Both the position numbers and the translations under genes were made by a program. From contig JAITWP010000104.1 in assembly GCA_031285365.1 (NCBI GenBank), positions 1 through 58,378 of the forward strand: DNA of 58,378 bases, in the 5' to 3' direction. The notes below the pieces were generated by a model. That model ran no database searches. It had not been told where the DNA came from and saw only the letters and a program-made list of their open reading frames with translations. Source of the DNA: Azoarcus sp. GTDB lineage: Bacteria > Pseudomonadota > Gammaproteobacteria > Burkholderiales > Rhodocyclaceae. How positions within the stretch are numbered: the first letter of the stretch is position 1; every line of letters begins with the position of its first letter. Of this stretch, positions 27,159-36,399 are shown piece after piece.

Positions 27159-27465
27159 GTACCCCTCGCAAATCCAGCCCTACATGCTCGCCGCCGCGCA
27201 CCAGCAAGCGGCCAACGATCCAGGGATCACCCCCTACAAACGCCTGTTCGCCGCCAAGCTGGTGCAACACGTTAAAGACTATCGCCAGCACCGCCACAAA
27301 CGCCGCGCGCCGCCCGAATTTCACGATGCCAAGACATGGCTCACCAGCACCGACGCCGAACCTGCCACGTTTAACTGGACATGCTCCATACTGGACATAG
27401 ACCCGGAGCAGGCGCGCAAGACAATTTTCACTGAACCGGAGATACGCCATGCCGCTCTACGTTGA
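27151..27465 (+). CDS. Hypothetical protein
   Basis: 104 aa; F.W.C..L..DP motif. Confidence 0.7.
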   Translation: MAKYPSQIQPYMLAAAHQQAANDPGITPYKRLFAAKLVQHVKDYRQHRHKRRAPPEFHDAKTWLTSTDAEPATFNWTCSILDIDPEQARKTIFTEPEIRHAALR

Positions 27466-27566
27466 AGGAGACACTATCAAATTGTATTGCCCTGCCGACA
27501 AACCGCTCTGGATACAGCCGAAAAAATCCAGTGTATCGAGCGGACTGAAAAATATTTTCAGATGGC

Positions 27567-27604
27567 TTGCATCTTTTATTTTTCCGGCGTAATCTAACGT
27601 TCTC
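27567..27604 (+). promoter_or_regulatory. Sigma70-type promoter for helicase/polymerase operon
   Basis: TTGCAT-17 bp-TAATCT with TCTAACGTTCTC overlapping the -10. Confidence 0.55.
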
Positions 27605-27618
27605 TTTTGGACTCTGAC

Positions 27619-28989
27619 ATGAGTATTACAATAAAACCACTTACGCACCAAAGGCAAAGCCTGCGCTTTCTTAAAGCCAGAGACCTTGCGTTTGATATGT
27701 CTGACCCCGGCACAGGCAAAACCTTCGTCGAGATCATGGACTATGCCGCGCGTCGAAGCGCCAAAGAACCCCCGGCGCTCGTCCTCGCGCCCAAGACCCT
27801 GCTGCAATCCGCATGGGGCAACGACATCGAAAAATTCGCTCCGCACCTGCGCTACAGCATCGCCCGCGCGGAAAACCGCGCAAACGCCTTCGCGGCGGAG
27901 GCCGACATCTACCTCACCAATCACGATGCGGTCGCAGCGCTTGCCAAACAACCTCCGTCGTTCTGGAAAAAATTCCGGGGCGGCACGCTCATCGTGGATG
28001 AGTCAACCGCCTACAAACACGCCACTTCACAACGCTCCAAGGCCGTCGCCAAGATCGCCCAGCACTTCAAAACCCGCCGCCTCCTGTCTGGCACACCCAA
28101 TCCGAACGGCGTGTGCGACCTGTGGCACCAAGTAAAAATCCTTGACGACGGGCAGCGGCTTGGCAAGTCATTCTTCCATTTCCGCGCCTCAGTCTGCTCC
28201 CCGGAGCAAGTCGGCCCTCTGCCGCAGCACGTCAAATGGACGGACAAGGCGGGGGCAGAGGAAGCCGTCGCCGCATTGCTGGCCGACATCACCCTGCGCC
28301 ACAAGCTGGAAGACTGCGTTGACATTCCCGACAACCACCATTACGACGTACCGTTCCACATAAGCGGTAAACACTTGGCCGCGTACAAGGAACTGGAGCG
28401 CGACAGCATCCTGCTTCTCAAGAACAACAGCGTCACCGCCGTCAACGGTGCTGCGCTCTACAACAAGCTTCTGCAAGTTGCCTCGGGCGCAGTCTATGGC
28501 GACGATGAAGGCTACACCCTGCTCGACAGCACGCGCTACGAGCTGGTGATGGATCTGGTCGAAGCGCGCCCGCACAGCGTCGTGTTCTTCCTGTGGAAGC
28601 ACCAGCGCGACGAACTTGTAAAACAGGCGCAGAAGCGCGGCCTGTCCTACGCGCTGATAGACGGATCCGTCACCCGCAAGGGCGCGCGCGAACGCGCGGT
28701 GGAAGAGTTCCAGGGCGGCGAGCATCGCGTGATGTTCGCACACCCCCGCTCCGCCGGACACGGACTCACTCTCACACGCGGCACGGCGACGATATGGGCA
28801 TCCCCCACGCCCGACCTTGAGTTTTACCAGCAAGGATGGAAACGCATCCACCGCATCGGGCAAAGTGAAAAGACCGAAACCATCGTGGTCGTCGCGCCCG
28901 GAACCAGAGAGACGGATGTCTTCGCCTCCCTTCAACACAAGAAACTAAAAATGAGCACGCTGCTCACCCTGCTGAAAGAAAGCCACTGA
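27619..28989 (+). CDS. SNF2-family helicase
   Basis: DPGTGKT, IVDES, LLSGTP, SAGHGLTL, Q...RIHRIGQ. Confidence 0.9.
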   Translation: MSITIKPLTHQRQSLRFLKARDLAFDMSDPGTGKTFVEIMDYAARRSAKEPPALVLAPKTLLQSAWGNDIEKFAPHLRYSIARAENRANAFAAEADIYLTNHDAVAALAKQPPSFWKKFRGGTLIVDESTAYKHATSQRSKAVAKIAQHFKTRRLLSGTPNPNGVCDLWHQVKILDDGQRLGKSFFHFRASVCSPEQVGPLPQHVKWTDKAGAEEAVAALLADITLRHKLEDCVDIPDNHHYDVPFHISGKHLAAYKELERDSILLLKNNSVTAVNGAALYNKLLQVASGAVYGDDEGYTLLDSTRYELVMDLVEARPHSVVFFLWKHQRDELVKQAQKRGLSYALIDGSVTRKGARERAVEEFQGGEHRVMFAHPRSAGHGLTLTRGTATIWASPTPDLEFYQQGWKRIHRIGQSEKTETIVVVAPGTRETDVFASLQHKKLKMSTLLTLLKESH

Positions 28990-30863
28990 TGCGTACACCC
29001 CCGAAAAACATCGTCACGCTGGATTTTGAAACGTACTACTCCGCAGACTACACACTGAGCAAACCGGAGTACAACACCTCGCACTACATCCGCGATCCGC
29101 AGTTCAAGGCACACTGCTGCGCCATCAAGATAAACGACGAGCCGTGCGTCTGTTACGAAGGCGACGAGATCAAGACGGCGCTGAAAAAAATAGACTGGAA
29201 CACGCACGCGCTCCTCGCGCACAACACAGCGTTCGACGGGTTCATCCTGAGCTGCCACTACGGCATCGTGCCGATGTGGTATTACGACACGCTTAGCATG
29301 ACGCGCGGGCTGCACAACGAAGTCAGTCGCGGTAAACTCGACATCATCGCGCAGTTCTACGGACTGGGCGAAAAACACAAAGGCGCGCTGGAGAATACCA
29401 AGGGTAAGCGCGCGCTTGACGATGCTGCCATCGAGCGCCTGATGAGTTACTGCGTCAACGACACCGAGCTGTGTTACGAGGTGTTCAAGAAACAGATCGA
29501 AGTCTATCCCGCCGACGAGTTGGCGCTGATAGACATGACCATACGCATGTTCTGTGACCCGGTGCTGCGTATAGACGAACAAGTCGCGCGCACGGCACTG
29601 GCAGAAGAAATGCTTGAGCGCCGCGCCACCATTCTGCGCTCCGGCGCGACCGAAGAAGAACTGCAAAGCAGCGACAAATTCGCCGCCAAGCTGCGCGAGG
29701 CGGGCATCGTCCCGCCGACAAAAATATCCAACGCCACAGGCGTGGAAATATACGCCTTCGCACAAACAGACCCGGAGTTCACAGATTTACTCGCGCACGA
29801 AAACCTCGCCGTGGTGCGCCTGATACAAGCCCGTCTCGCAGCCAAGAGCACACAAGCCGAGACCCGCGCCTTCCGGCTGCTGCAAGCAGGTGCTGATGGC
29901 AACCGGCTCCCTGTCGGGTACAACTACTTCGGAGCCAAGACAGGCCGCTGGTCAGGAACCAACAAACTGAATCTGCAAAACCTGCCGCGCGTCGTCAAGA
30001 AAGAACCCAAGCCCTCCGACGGGCTGCGCCGCTGCATACTCGCACCCGACAAACACGTTCTGGTCGTGACAGACTCCGCGCAAATCGAAGCACGCGTCAA
30101 TGCGTGGCTGTGCGAACAAAACGACCTCACCGCGCGATTTGCCGCAGGTGAAGATGTTTACAAACACATGGCCTCCTCAATCTATAGCAAGCCTGTGGAC
30201 ACCATCACAAGCAACGAACGTTTCATCGGCAAAACTGCTGTGCTCGGTCTCGGCTACGGCATGGGGCCGCACAAGTTCAAAACCACCCTCGCGCTCGGTC
30301 TGGCCGGGCCGGAGATTCATCTCCCCCTGAACGAATGTCAGCGCATTGTTCGCATGTATCGCGCGAACAACTACAAGATAGCCAAAGCGTGGAAAACACT
30401 CAACACCGTGCTCGAACGCATGATGGCAGGGCAGAGCGGCGAAGTGTTTGGTCTGCTTGAGTATGACCCAACAACCGTGTGGCTGCCCAACGGCATGGGA
30501 CTGCACTACCCCGGCCTGCATAAAACCGCCACTGGAGAGATACGGTACAAAGCCAACAACGCGTGGAAAAAAATCTACGGCGGGCTGCTCATAGAAAACA
30601 TCGTGCAAGCGCTGGCGCGCATCGTGATAGGCGAGCAGATGCTGGCAACGCAGAACATGCTTGATGATCTGAAACTTCGCAGGGAGGAAACCGCGCGCGT
30701 CGTCCTAATGACGCACGACGAAATCGTAACGTGTGTGCCTGAGCGGCTCGCGGACAAAGTGCTGTCCGCGCAACTCGATCTTATGCGCGTGCCCCCGCAC
30801 AACTGGGGAGCGGACATTCCGCTCAACGCCGAGGGCGGTTACGCCATCAACTATTCCAAGTAA
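28989..30863 (+). CDS. Phage family A DNA polymerase with 3'-5' exonuclease
   Basis: LDFET and AHN..FD exonuclease motifs; TGRWSG, NLQNLP, DSAQIEAR (A), R..GK..VLGLGYG (B), THDEI (C). Confidence 0.95.
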   Translation: MRTPPKNIVTLDFETYYSADYTLSKPEYNTSHYIRDPQFKAHCCAIKINDEPCVCYEGDEIKTALKKIDWNTHALLAHNTAFDGFILSCHYGIVPMWYYDTLSMTRGLHNEVSRGKLDIIAQFYGLGEKHKGALENTKGKRALDDAAIERLMSYCVNDTELCYEVFKKQIEVYPADELALIDMTIRMFCDPVLRIDEQVARTALAEEMLERRATILRSGATEEELQSSDKFAAKLREAGIVPPTKISNATGVEIYAFAQTDPEFTDLLAHENLAVVRLIQARLAAKSTQAETRAFRLLQAGADGNRLPVGYNYFGAKTGRWSGTNKLNLQNLPRVVKKEPKPSDGLRRCILAPDKHVLVVTDSAQIEARVNAWLCEQNDLTARFAAGEDVYKHMASSIYSKPVDTITSNERFIGKTAVLGLGYGMGPHKFKTTLALGLAGPEIHLPLNECQRIVRMYRANNYKIAKAWKTLNTVLERMMAGQSGEVFGLLEYDPTTVWLPNGMGLHYPGLHKTATGEIRYKANNAWKKIYGGLLIENIVQALARIVIGEQMLATQNMLDDLKLRREETARVVLMTHDEIVTCVPERLADKVLSAQLDLMRVPPHNWGADIPLNAEGGYAINYSK

Positions 30864-30875
30864 AGGAGAAAAACA

Positions 30876-31250
30876 GTGGGCAAGAAATCCGTAGGTTCGC
30901 TGATAGACAAGGTACACGCTCTGCGCGAAGACATCAAAGCCAAAACCGAGGAAGTCAAAACACTGGGTGCGGCCAAAGATGAAGTCGAACAAGAGCTGCT
31001 CGCCTTGATGGATGCAGAAGGTGTGACCAAAGCAACCGGACAAAGGGCATCGGTGAGCATCTCCGAGCTTGTGAAACCGAGTGTGACGAACTGGGATGAG
31101 TTTTATAAATACATCCATCGAAGTCGGTACTACCACTTGCTTGAGCGACGACCCAGTGTGAGCGGCTGTTGTGAGTTGTTCGAGACCAAGGGGAGCATCC
31201 CCGGCGTCGAGCCGTACATCAAGCGTGGTATCAACATTCGCAGTATTTAG
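30876..31250 (+). CDS. Conserved phage replication-module protein
   Basis: AAGGAG RBS; coiled-coil then V..WD.FY.YI...LL.RR...IPGV. Confidence 0.7.
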   Translation: MGKKSVGSLIDKVHALREDIKAKTEEVKTLGAAKDEVEQELLALMDAEGVTKATGQRASVSISELVKPSVTNWDEFYKYIHRSRYYHLLERRPSVSGCCELFETKGSIPGVEPYIKRGINIRSI

Positions 31251-31264
31251 ACAAGGAGCAAAGT

Positions 31265-32026
31265 ATGGCAACTATAGATGCAACCCCCATCCGGGGAACA
31301 AAAGCGGCGCGCGCCAAGATCAATCTGCCCGCCAACATCAACGCGCAAATGGCGGAGGAGGTCGCCAACATCCATAACCGCATAGGCGCGCCGACAGGCG
31401 ACCGCATCATGGTAACGCAGGGGAAAACTTTCCGGCTGCCGACCGGAGCGGAGTCAGACGAGTTCAGCGCGGTGATCGTGGACTTCATCTCCGTGAATCT
31501 GTACTACAAGGAAGCCTACGAGCGCGGCACACACACGCCGCCCGCGTGTTATGCCATGTCGTTCGAGCCTGCCACACTCACCCCGGCAGACAAAGCCCCC
31601 GAGAAGCAAGGCAAATCCTGCGCTGCGTGCTGGGCGAACCAGTACGGGACGCGCGGCAAAGGCAAGGCATGTCAGAACACATACCTGCTTGCGCTGCTCG
31701 CGACCAACGCGACAGAAGACACGGCCATCCTGACACTCAAACTCAGTCCGACCGCCATACGTTCGTTCGACGGCTACGTCAACGCCGTGGCACGCAAGCA
31801 CGGCACACCTGTGCGCGGCGTGGTAACCCACTTCAGCTTTGACGATAACAGCGACTATGCCTCCATCCGCCTCAAGGACGAAGGCCGCGCCGACACGGAG
31901 CTGGTGACACTCGCGCAGTCGCGCCTGCAAGAAGCGCGCGACCTGCTGCTGGCAGAGCCGGACACCACGGTTGTCGAGGAAAATAAACCCGCAGCGCCGG
32001 CGCGACGCACCGCACGTCGCGCGTAG
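31265..32026 (+). CDS. Putative ssDNA-binding/annealing protein
   Basis: P.C.A...CAAC..N.YG...GKAC; position after polymerase; function inferred only. Confidence 0.55.
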   Translation: MATIDATPIRGTKAARAKINLPANINAQMAEEVANIHNRIGAPTGDRIMVTQGKTFRLPTGAESDEFSAVIVDFISVNLYYKEAYERGTHTPPACYAMSFEPATLTPADKAPEKQGKSCAACWANQYGTRGKGKACQNTYLLALLATNATEDTAILTLKLSPTAIRSFDGYVNAVARKHGTPVRGVVTHFSFDDNSDYASIRLKDEGRADTELVTLAQSRLQEARDLLLAEPDTTVVEENKPAAPARRTARRA

Positions 32027-32041
32027 TCAAGATAATCATGG

Positions 32042-32150
32042 ACTGCCACTGTGATCGTAACCACACAGCACATGATCCCTATGCGCTTGTTTCTACCACC
32101 TTCCAAGCGCGTAGGGAAGAGCAGTGCCGGATGTCCTGCCCGGCTTTCTT
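32042..32150 (+). ncRNA. Candidate structured intergenic RNA (three-way junction plus terminator)
   Basis: Stems ACTGC/GCAGT, CTGTG/CACAG, TCCCTATGCGCTTG/CAAGCGCGTAGGGA, then a GCCGG hairpin and TTTCTT. Confidence 0.4.
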
Positions 32151-32171
32151 ATCACTTACAGGAGAAATGAA

Positions 32172-32393
32172 ATGGCACACGCCAAATCTGCCGTACTGAC
32201 CGCCGCTGACAAAAAAGCGGTGATCGCTGATCTTCGCGCGAAAATCAAAGCGCAAAAAGCTGTACTGAAAACCGCGCGGGTCGAACTCAAAACACTCGGC
32301 AAGAACCTGACGGCTAAACAAAAAGAGGCCGACAAGCAAAATGTCGCACTGGAGAAGCTCGACAAGGAACTGGCAGCTATTCAAGCTGGCTGA
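32172..32393 (+). CDS. Lys/Ala-rich coiled-coil protein
   Basis: AGGAG RBS; MAHAKSAVLTAADKKAVIADL. Confidence 0.7.
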   Translation: MAHAKSAVLTAADKKAVIADLRAKIKAQKAVLKTARVELKTLGKNLTAKQKEADKQNVALEKLDKELAAIQAG

Positions 32394-32451
32394 TGAGCAC
32401 GCCTTCCGGTGGGCGCACCACCGGCCTTATTTTTGAAGCCGCACTTTTTTG

Positions 32452-32805
32452 ATGGAGCCAGACATGCAACCGGCAGAAACCCCGCACAACGAGCTTTTTA
32501 GTGAGACCAACGATTGCCACGCGGGGAAGCCCCGCTTCGACCTGTTGCCGCCCAACGCGCTTATGGACATCGCCACCGTGATGACCGAGGCCGCTGCGTC
32601 CGGCAAGTACGGCCTGCGCGAGTGGGAAGAAGGACGTCCGTGGGGCACGCATTACGCGGCGCTGCAACGACACCTGCAAGCATTCTGGGCAGGGCAGGAC
32701 TTGGACGAGGAATCCGCGCTCCCTCATCTTGCTCACGCGGGCTTTCGCATTCTCGCTCTGTTAGAATACATGCGAACACACCCGGAACTGGATGATCGTC
32801 CGTGA
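32452..32805 (+). CDS. dATP/dGTP diphosphohydrolase-like domain (DUF5664)
   Basis: GKPRFDLLP...KYG...W..G......AA..RH......G.D.D.ES.L.HLAHA. Confidence 0.85.
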   Translation: MEPDMQPAETPHNELFSETNDCHAGKPRFDLLPPNALMDIATVMTEAAASGKYGLREWEEGRPWGTHYAALQRHLQAFWAGQDLDEESALPHLAHAGFRILALLEYMRTHPELDDRP

Positions 32806-32818
32806 GCCGAGAACTCAC

Positions 32819-33247
32819 ATGAGTCGCAAACCGGAGGGTGTTTACATCCGCGCGGTACACAAGTTGTTACCGCCGGAGATTTACAGCATGAAGAACCACA
32901 ACCCATTCATCGGTGGTGTGCCTGATTGCTGGTACTCCGCCCGCCGCGACATGTGGGTGGAATACAAATGGCTGCCACACGAGCCAAAAAGGGCGTACAA
33001 GCCCGACTTGACCAAATTGCAACAGCAATGGCTGCGCGCGCGACACGAAGAAGGCCGCGCCGTGGTCGTCATAGTCGGCTGTCCGACCGGGGGGCAAATC
33101 TTGCTGGATCTGGAGTGGGAGCATGAATGCTCACCAGCTTTCAACGCCACAAAGCGCGACATCGCCGAGTGGATCAGCAAGGAGCTACTTAATGTCAAAA
33201 CTACGCACGCTCGCCGTCGTGGCAAGAGCGACAACCCTCGTGCATAG
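32819..33247 (+). CDS. VRR-NUC / Holliday junction resolvase-like nuclease
   Basis: GVPD.WY...WVEYK...L...Q..W. Confidence 0.8.
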   Translation: MSRKPEGVYIRAVHKLLPPEIYSMKNHNPFIGGVPDCWYSARRDMWVEYKWLPHEPKRAYKPDLTKLQQQWLRARHEEGRAVVVIVGCPTGGQILLDLEWEHECSPAFNATKRDIAEWISKELLNVKTTHARRRGKSDNPRA

Positions 33248-33330
33248 AACCTTGTACACGTCGGTGCTCATCTGCGGCATCGTGGTCTCTGTTTACAGAA
33301 GCCACAGAGCGAAAAAAAGGAGAATGTCCA

Positions 33331-33720
33331 GTGGCAATTAAATCAGACGCTGCCATCTACGCGCTCATCGAGCGTTACTTGAAGGCTTCCAAAACCCCGC
33401 TCACCTCAGTTGATTTGTGGGACAGGAGTGACATACGGAAAGCCGAAAAAAGCGCGGAGAAAGTATCCGACCGTCTCGGGCTGCTGTGGCGACGCGGCTT
33501 GGTGCAACGGTGGGAAATCCGCCGCCCCGACACCCGCGCCCGCTTCGGTTACACATGGAAGGACGAAGCGGCCAAAGCCGACAGCACACCGCGTATGCTG
33601 GAAGCAGTCGGTGTCGCAGGCTACCCCCGGCGCAAAGCGAACGTGGCAATCATCGAACGCGACGACTGCATCGTGCTTGAGTTCGACAAGTTCACCATCA
33701 CCGTACAAGCCAAAGGATAA
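33331..33720 (+). CDS. Putative DNA-binding protein
   Basis: AGGAG RBS; wHTH-like N-terminus (PLT..DL...VSD.LG.LWRRGL). Confidence 0.6.
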   Translation: MAIKSDAAIYALIERYLKASKTPLTSVDLWDRSDIRKAEKSAEKVSDRLGLLWRRGLVQRWEIRRPDTRARFGYTWKDEAAKADSTPRMLEAVGVAGYPRRKANVAIIERDDCIVLEFDKFTITVQAKG

Positions 33721-33723
33721 ATC

Positions 33724-34194
33724 ATGTATGAAAATCCGCTAACCGCCGGAGCGCGGGAGGTGCTGCTCGCCTATCTCTCGAAGCACGCGCCCGACGACAC
33801 GTTGCTCGAAGCCGTGCTCACCACGATGCACTGGCAGGAACGCATCAAGAGCGACCTTGCCGAGGCGCGCAAGCTGCTGCCCAAGACTGCGCCCACTGCG
33901 GCTGGTGCGGCCATCACCATGCAACCCGCCACGCAGCCCACCGACACAAAAAAATCCGTCCCAGAGTCTAACGTAATAGTACAAAATATAATCGAGCCGC
34001 CGGGTGAAGCTGCTGCGCGCGTGGGGGCGAACGCGAGGATGGGGATTCTGCGTTACCTGCATAGCCGGTCCGCGTCCGCTGCTGACATCAACCAATATCT
34101 CAACGGCGTGCAGCTCAACACCAACAGATTACTCAAGCGTCTATGGCAAACCGGCGCGCTTGGATACGACGGTGAGAAATTCTGGAGCAAGTAA
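33724..34194 (+). CDS. Hypothetical protein, C-terminal wHTH-like
   Basis: 156-aa ORF in operon. Confidence 0.65.
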   Translation: MYENPLTAGAREVLLAYLSKHAPDDTLLEAVLTTMHWQERIKSDLAEARKLLPKTAPTAAGAAITMQPATQPTDTKKSVPESNVIVQNIIEPPGEAAARVGANARMGILRYLHSRSASAADINQYLNGVQLNTNRLLKRLWQTGALGYDGEKFWSK

Positions 34195-34222
34195 CTACGC
34201 GCATAAAGGAAAGGGTAAAACT

Positions 34223-36010
34223 ATGAGAGAAAGACAGTGGTATGTACTCACTGAGCCGAACGACTCGGCGTGGGAAAAAATCCCGCTGGTGCATCTTCGG
34301 GCATCTCAGGGCGGCGAATACGACGTGTACGGGGTGCCCGGCGGCTACTGCCCCGGCGTTCCTGAAGGCCAAATTTATTATCACTACGTACTGGTTGGTT
34401 CCCAGCAGAACGACTGGATAAAACCGATGAGCCACACCGGACGCACTCGCACGCACGAAAAAGCCATCGCCGAGTTTGAGCGCCTGTGGAAGAACTTATT
34501 ACAGCAGGAAGCCTCTGAAAGATTGGCCGCGCGGCTGCGAGCATGGGCGAACACCGACGCAGCCCGGCATCCGCGCCCGTCGCGCGAAGCCCGGCACGAG
34601 TACTTCGGCCATCGCTGGGGCGCCGTGCTCGCACAGCTTGATACGCACGCACACCCTCAGTCTTTGCTGGAGACTTTCTGGCGCACAGCCTATACAAGGG
34701 AGCGGCAGTCAGTAATACAGAATTTTTCCAGCACGCACCCCCACCTGTACTCGGAAGTATTCAATCGCTGCGATTGTTGCGACGCGCAGGCGCTACACGG
34801 ACAATTGCGCGAGACAAACGCCGGTGATAAGGTCTGCGAAATCTGCCTGGACGCGTACTACGTTTACTCCGATATACAAGACGAGTACATCCGCGGTGAA
34901 AACGCCGAACACTTTTACACCGACCTCGCCACTTACCAAAGGCGCGACTATTCGCTTGTAGAGTCTGACTGGCTGCGCGGATGTGGTACCGACGTTACAA
35001 ACATTCCGCACACTGACGCGTGGGCGTACAGCGACGTAGCCGACGAGATCGTTGAGTGGATATGTGAGTTCCAGCCCGGCGACGGCGGCGACGACGACGA
35101 CGACGACGAAAACAGCGGGTTGTACAACTATCACAACTCCCCGAACAGGGTATTTCACGAAGTCAACAGCGACCGCAAACGACCCGCCATAGGCGCAGAG
35201 ATCGAGCTTTACTGCGAAGACCGCCGCGACGTGGTGCGCGCGTTGCGGAAACTCAAGCCGGGGCTCTTTCTGGAGCGGGACGGCAGCCTCGACGGCGCGT
35301 ATGGTTTTGAAGCCGTCACGCAACCTATGGGCGAGACGGAATGGCGTGAGTACGCCCCTGCGCTACTTAATGTTGCCAAAGCGTATGGCGCGCAAGGTTA
35401 TATGGAAGGCTACGGCATCCACCTCAATGTTCATCGGAACTACCTGACCTCCTTGCAAGAAGCACGCATGGTGATGTTTCTGGAGGAAGTGAAAAACGCT
35501 CCGTTCGTGCGCGCGATAGCACAGCGCGCGGCGTTGTACGAAGCATCCTTCGGGCGCTGGCGGAAAGAAAAACTAGTCACTCTCCTGGAGTTCTCGCGAA
35601 AGACCGCCGAAAGAGCCTATGCCCGCGAGGGGGCGATGGTCAACACACGCAACCGCTACTCGCCGCTCAATCTCAAGTCACGCTTCGGCACGGCAGAGTT
35701 TCGTCTATTCCAATCCACCACCTACTTGCCAAGCTTCATGAAGAACCTTGAGTTCGTATGGGCGCTCATCGAATGGACAAGCACAAAGTCAGCCACTGGC
35801 ACGTCCATAGACCCGCGAGATTTTGTCAGTTGGCTCGCCTCGCGCGAAAAAGAATTTCCGCACCTGGTTGCGTTCCTGCGTAAACCATCGTTCGGAGTGA
35901 AGGGAACCAGCCAGCGTATTCCCAATACATGGCTCGGTCTGTTGCCGTCGCCCACCACGCAGAGCAAGGACACTGTTATCGGCGTGGCGGAGGAGTATCT
36001 GGCGGCTTGA
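34223..36010 (+). CDS. Putative amidoligase (COOH-NH2 ligase, glutamine-synthetase fold)
   Basis: IGAEIE, ERDGSL..GFEAVTQP, GIHLNV, RY..LN, TAEFRLF; N-terminal CxxC..CxxC and Asp-rich linker. Confidence 0.8.
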   Translation: MRERQWYVLTEPNDSAWEKIPLVHLRASQGGEYDVYGVPGGYCPGVPEGQIYYHYVLVGSQQNDWIKPMSHTGRTRTHEKAIAEFERLWKNLLQQEASERLAARLRAWANTDAARHPRPSREARHEYFGHRWGAVLAQLDTHAHPQSLLETFWRTAYTRERQSVIQNFSSTHPHLYSEVFNRCDCCDAQALHGQLRETNAGDKVCEICLDAYYVYSDIQDEYIRGENAEHFYTDLATYQRRDYSLVESDWLRGCGTDVTNIPHTDAWAYSDVADEIVEWICEFQPGDGGDDDDDDENSGLYNYHNSPNRVFHEVNSDRKRPAIGAEIELYCEDRRDVVRALRKLKPGLFLERDGSLDGAYGFEAVTQPMGETEWREYAPALLNVAKAYGAQGYMEGYGIHLNVHRNYLTSLQEARMVMFLEEVKNAPFVRAIAQRAALYEASFGRWRKEKLVTLLEFSRKTAERAYAREGAMVNTRNRYSPLNLKSRFGTAEFRLFQSTTYLPSFMKNLEFVWALIEWTSTKSATGTSIDPRDFVSWLASREKEFPHLVAFLRKPSFGVKGTSQRIPNTWLGLLPSPTTQSKDTVIGVAEEYLAA

Positions 36011-36060
36011 TTATCTAACGCACTAGTTCGTTATCTTACACACAATGAAAGGAAACACCC

Positions 36061-36336
36061 ATGTCTGTTATTTCAGAAGCAGTAAATGTCATCAACCAGC
36101 AACTCAAGATCATCACCACCGCTGATGCAGGGTCTCACCGCCCGCTGGCTGTCCGCGCGCAGGATGCGCTCGGCGGGCAGCACAAACTCCGCACCACGGA
36201 GGCGTTGGAGGAGCTGCTGAGCGCTGACCGCGACGCTATTCTGGACGCGCTGGATAACTCTGGCATCGCAGTTGTCCTGCGCCGCCGCAAGAGCGATGGC
36301 GCAGAGCTGATCGGCCTCGCATCCCGCAACTCCTAA
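36061..36336 (+). CDS. Hypothetical protein
   Basis: AAAGGA RBS, 91 aa, followed by a 12-bp stem hairpin (about 36345-36375). Confidence 0.7.
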   Translation: MSVISEAVNVINQQLKIITTADAGSHRPLAVRAQDALGGQHKLRTTEALEELLSADRDAILDALDNSGIAVVLRRRKSDGAELIGLASRNS

Positions 36337-36399
36337 GCCCCCTCGAAGTGCTCTCCACAACCCGGAGGGCACTTCATTAACCTGCCAAGGAGACGACCC

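Noticed and set aside
32042..32125. Hammerhead ribozyme
   Set aside because: Topology is similar but the core reads CACAUGA instead of CUGAUGA and lacks the GAAA and NUH elements
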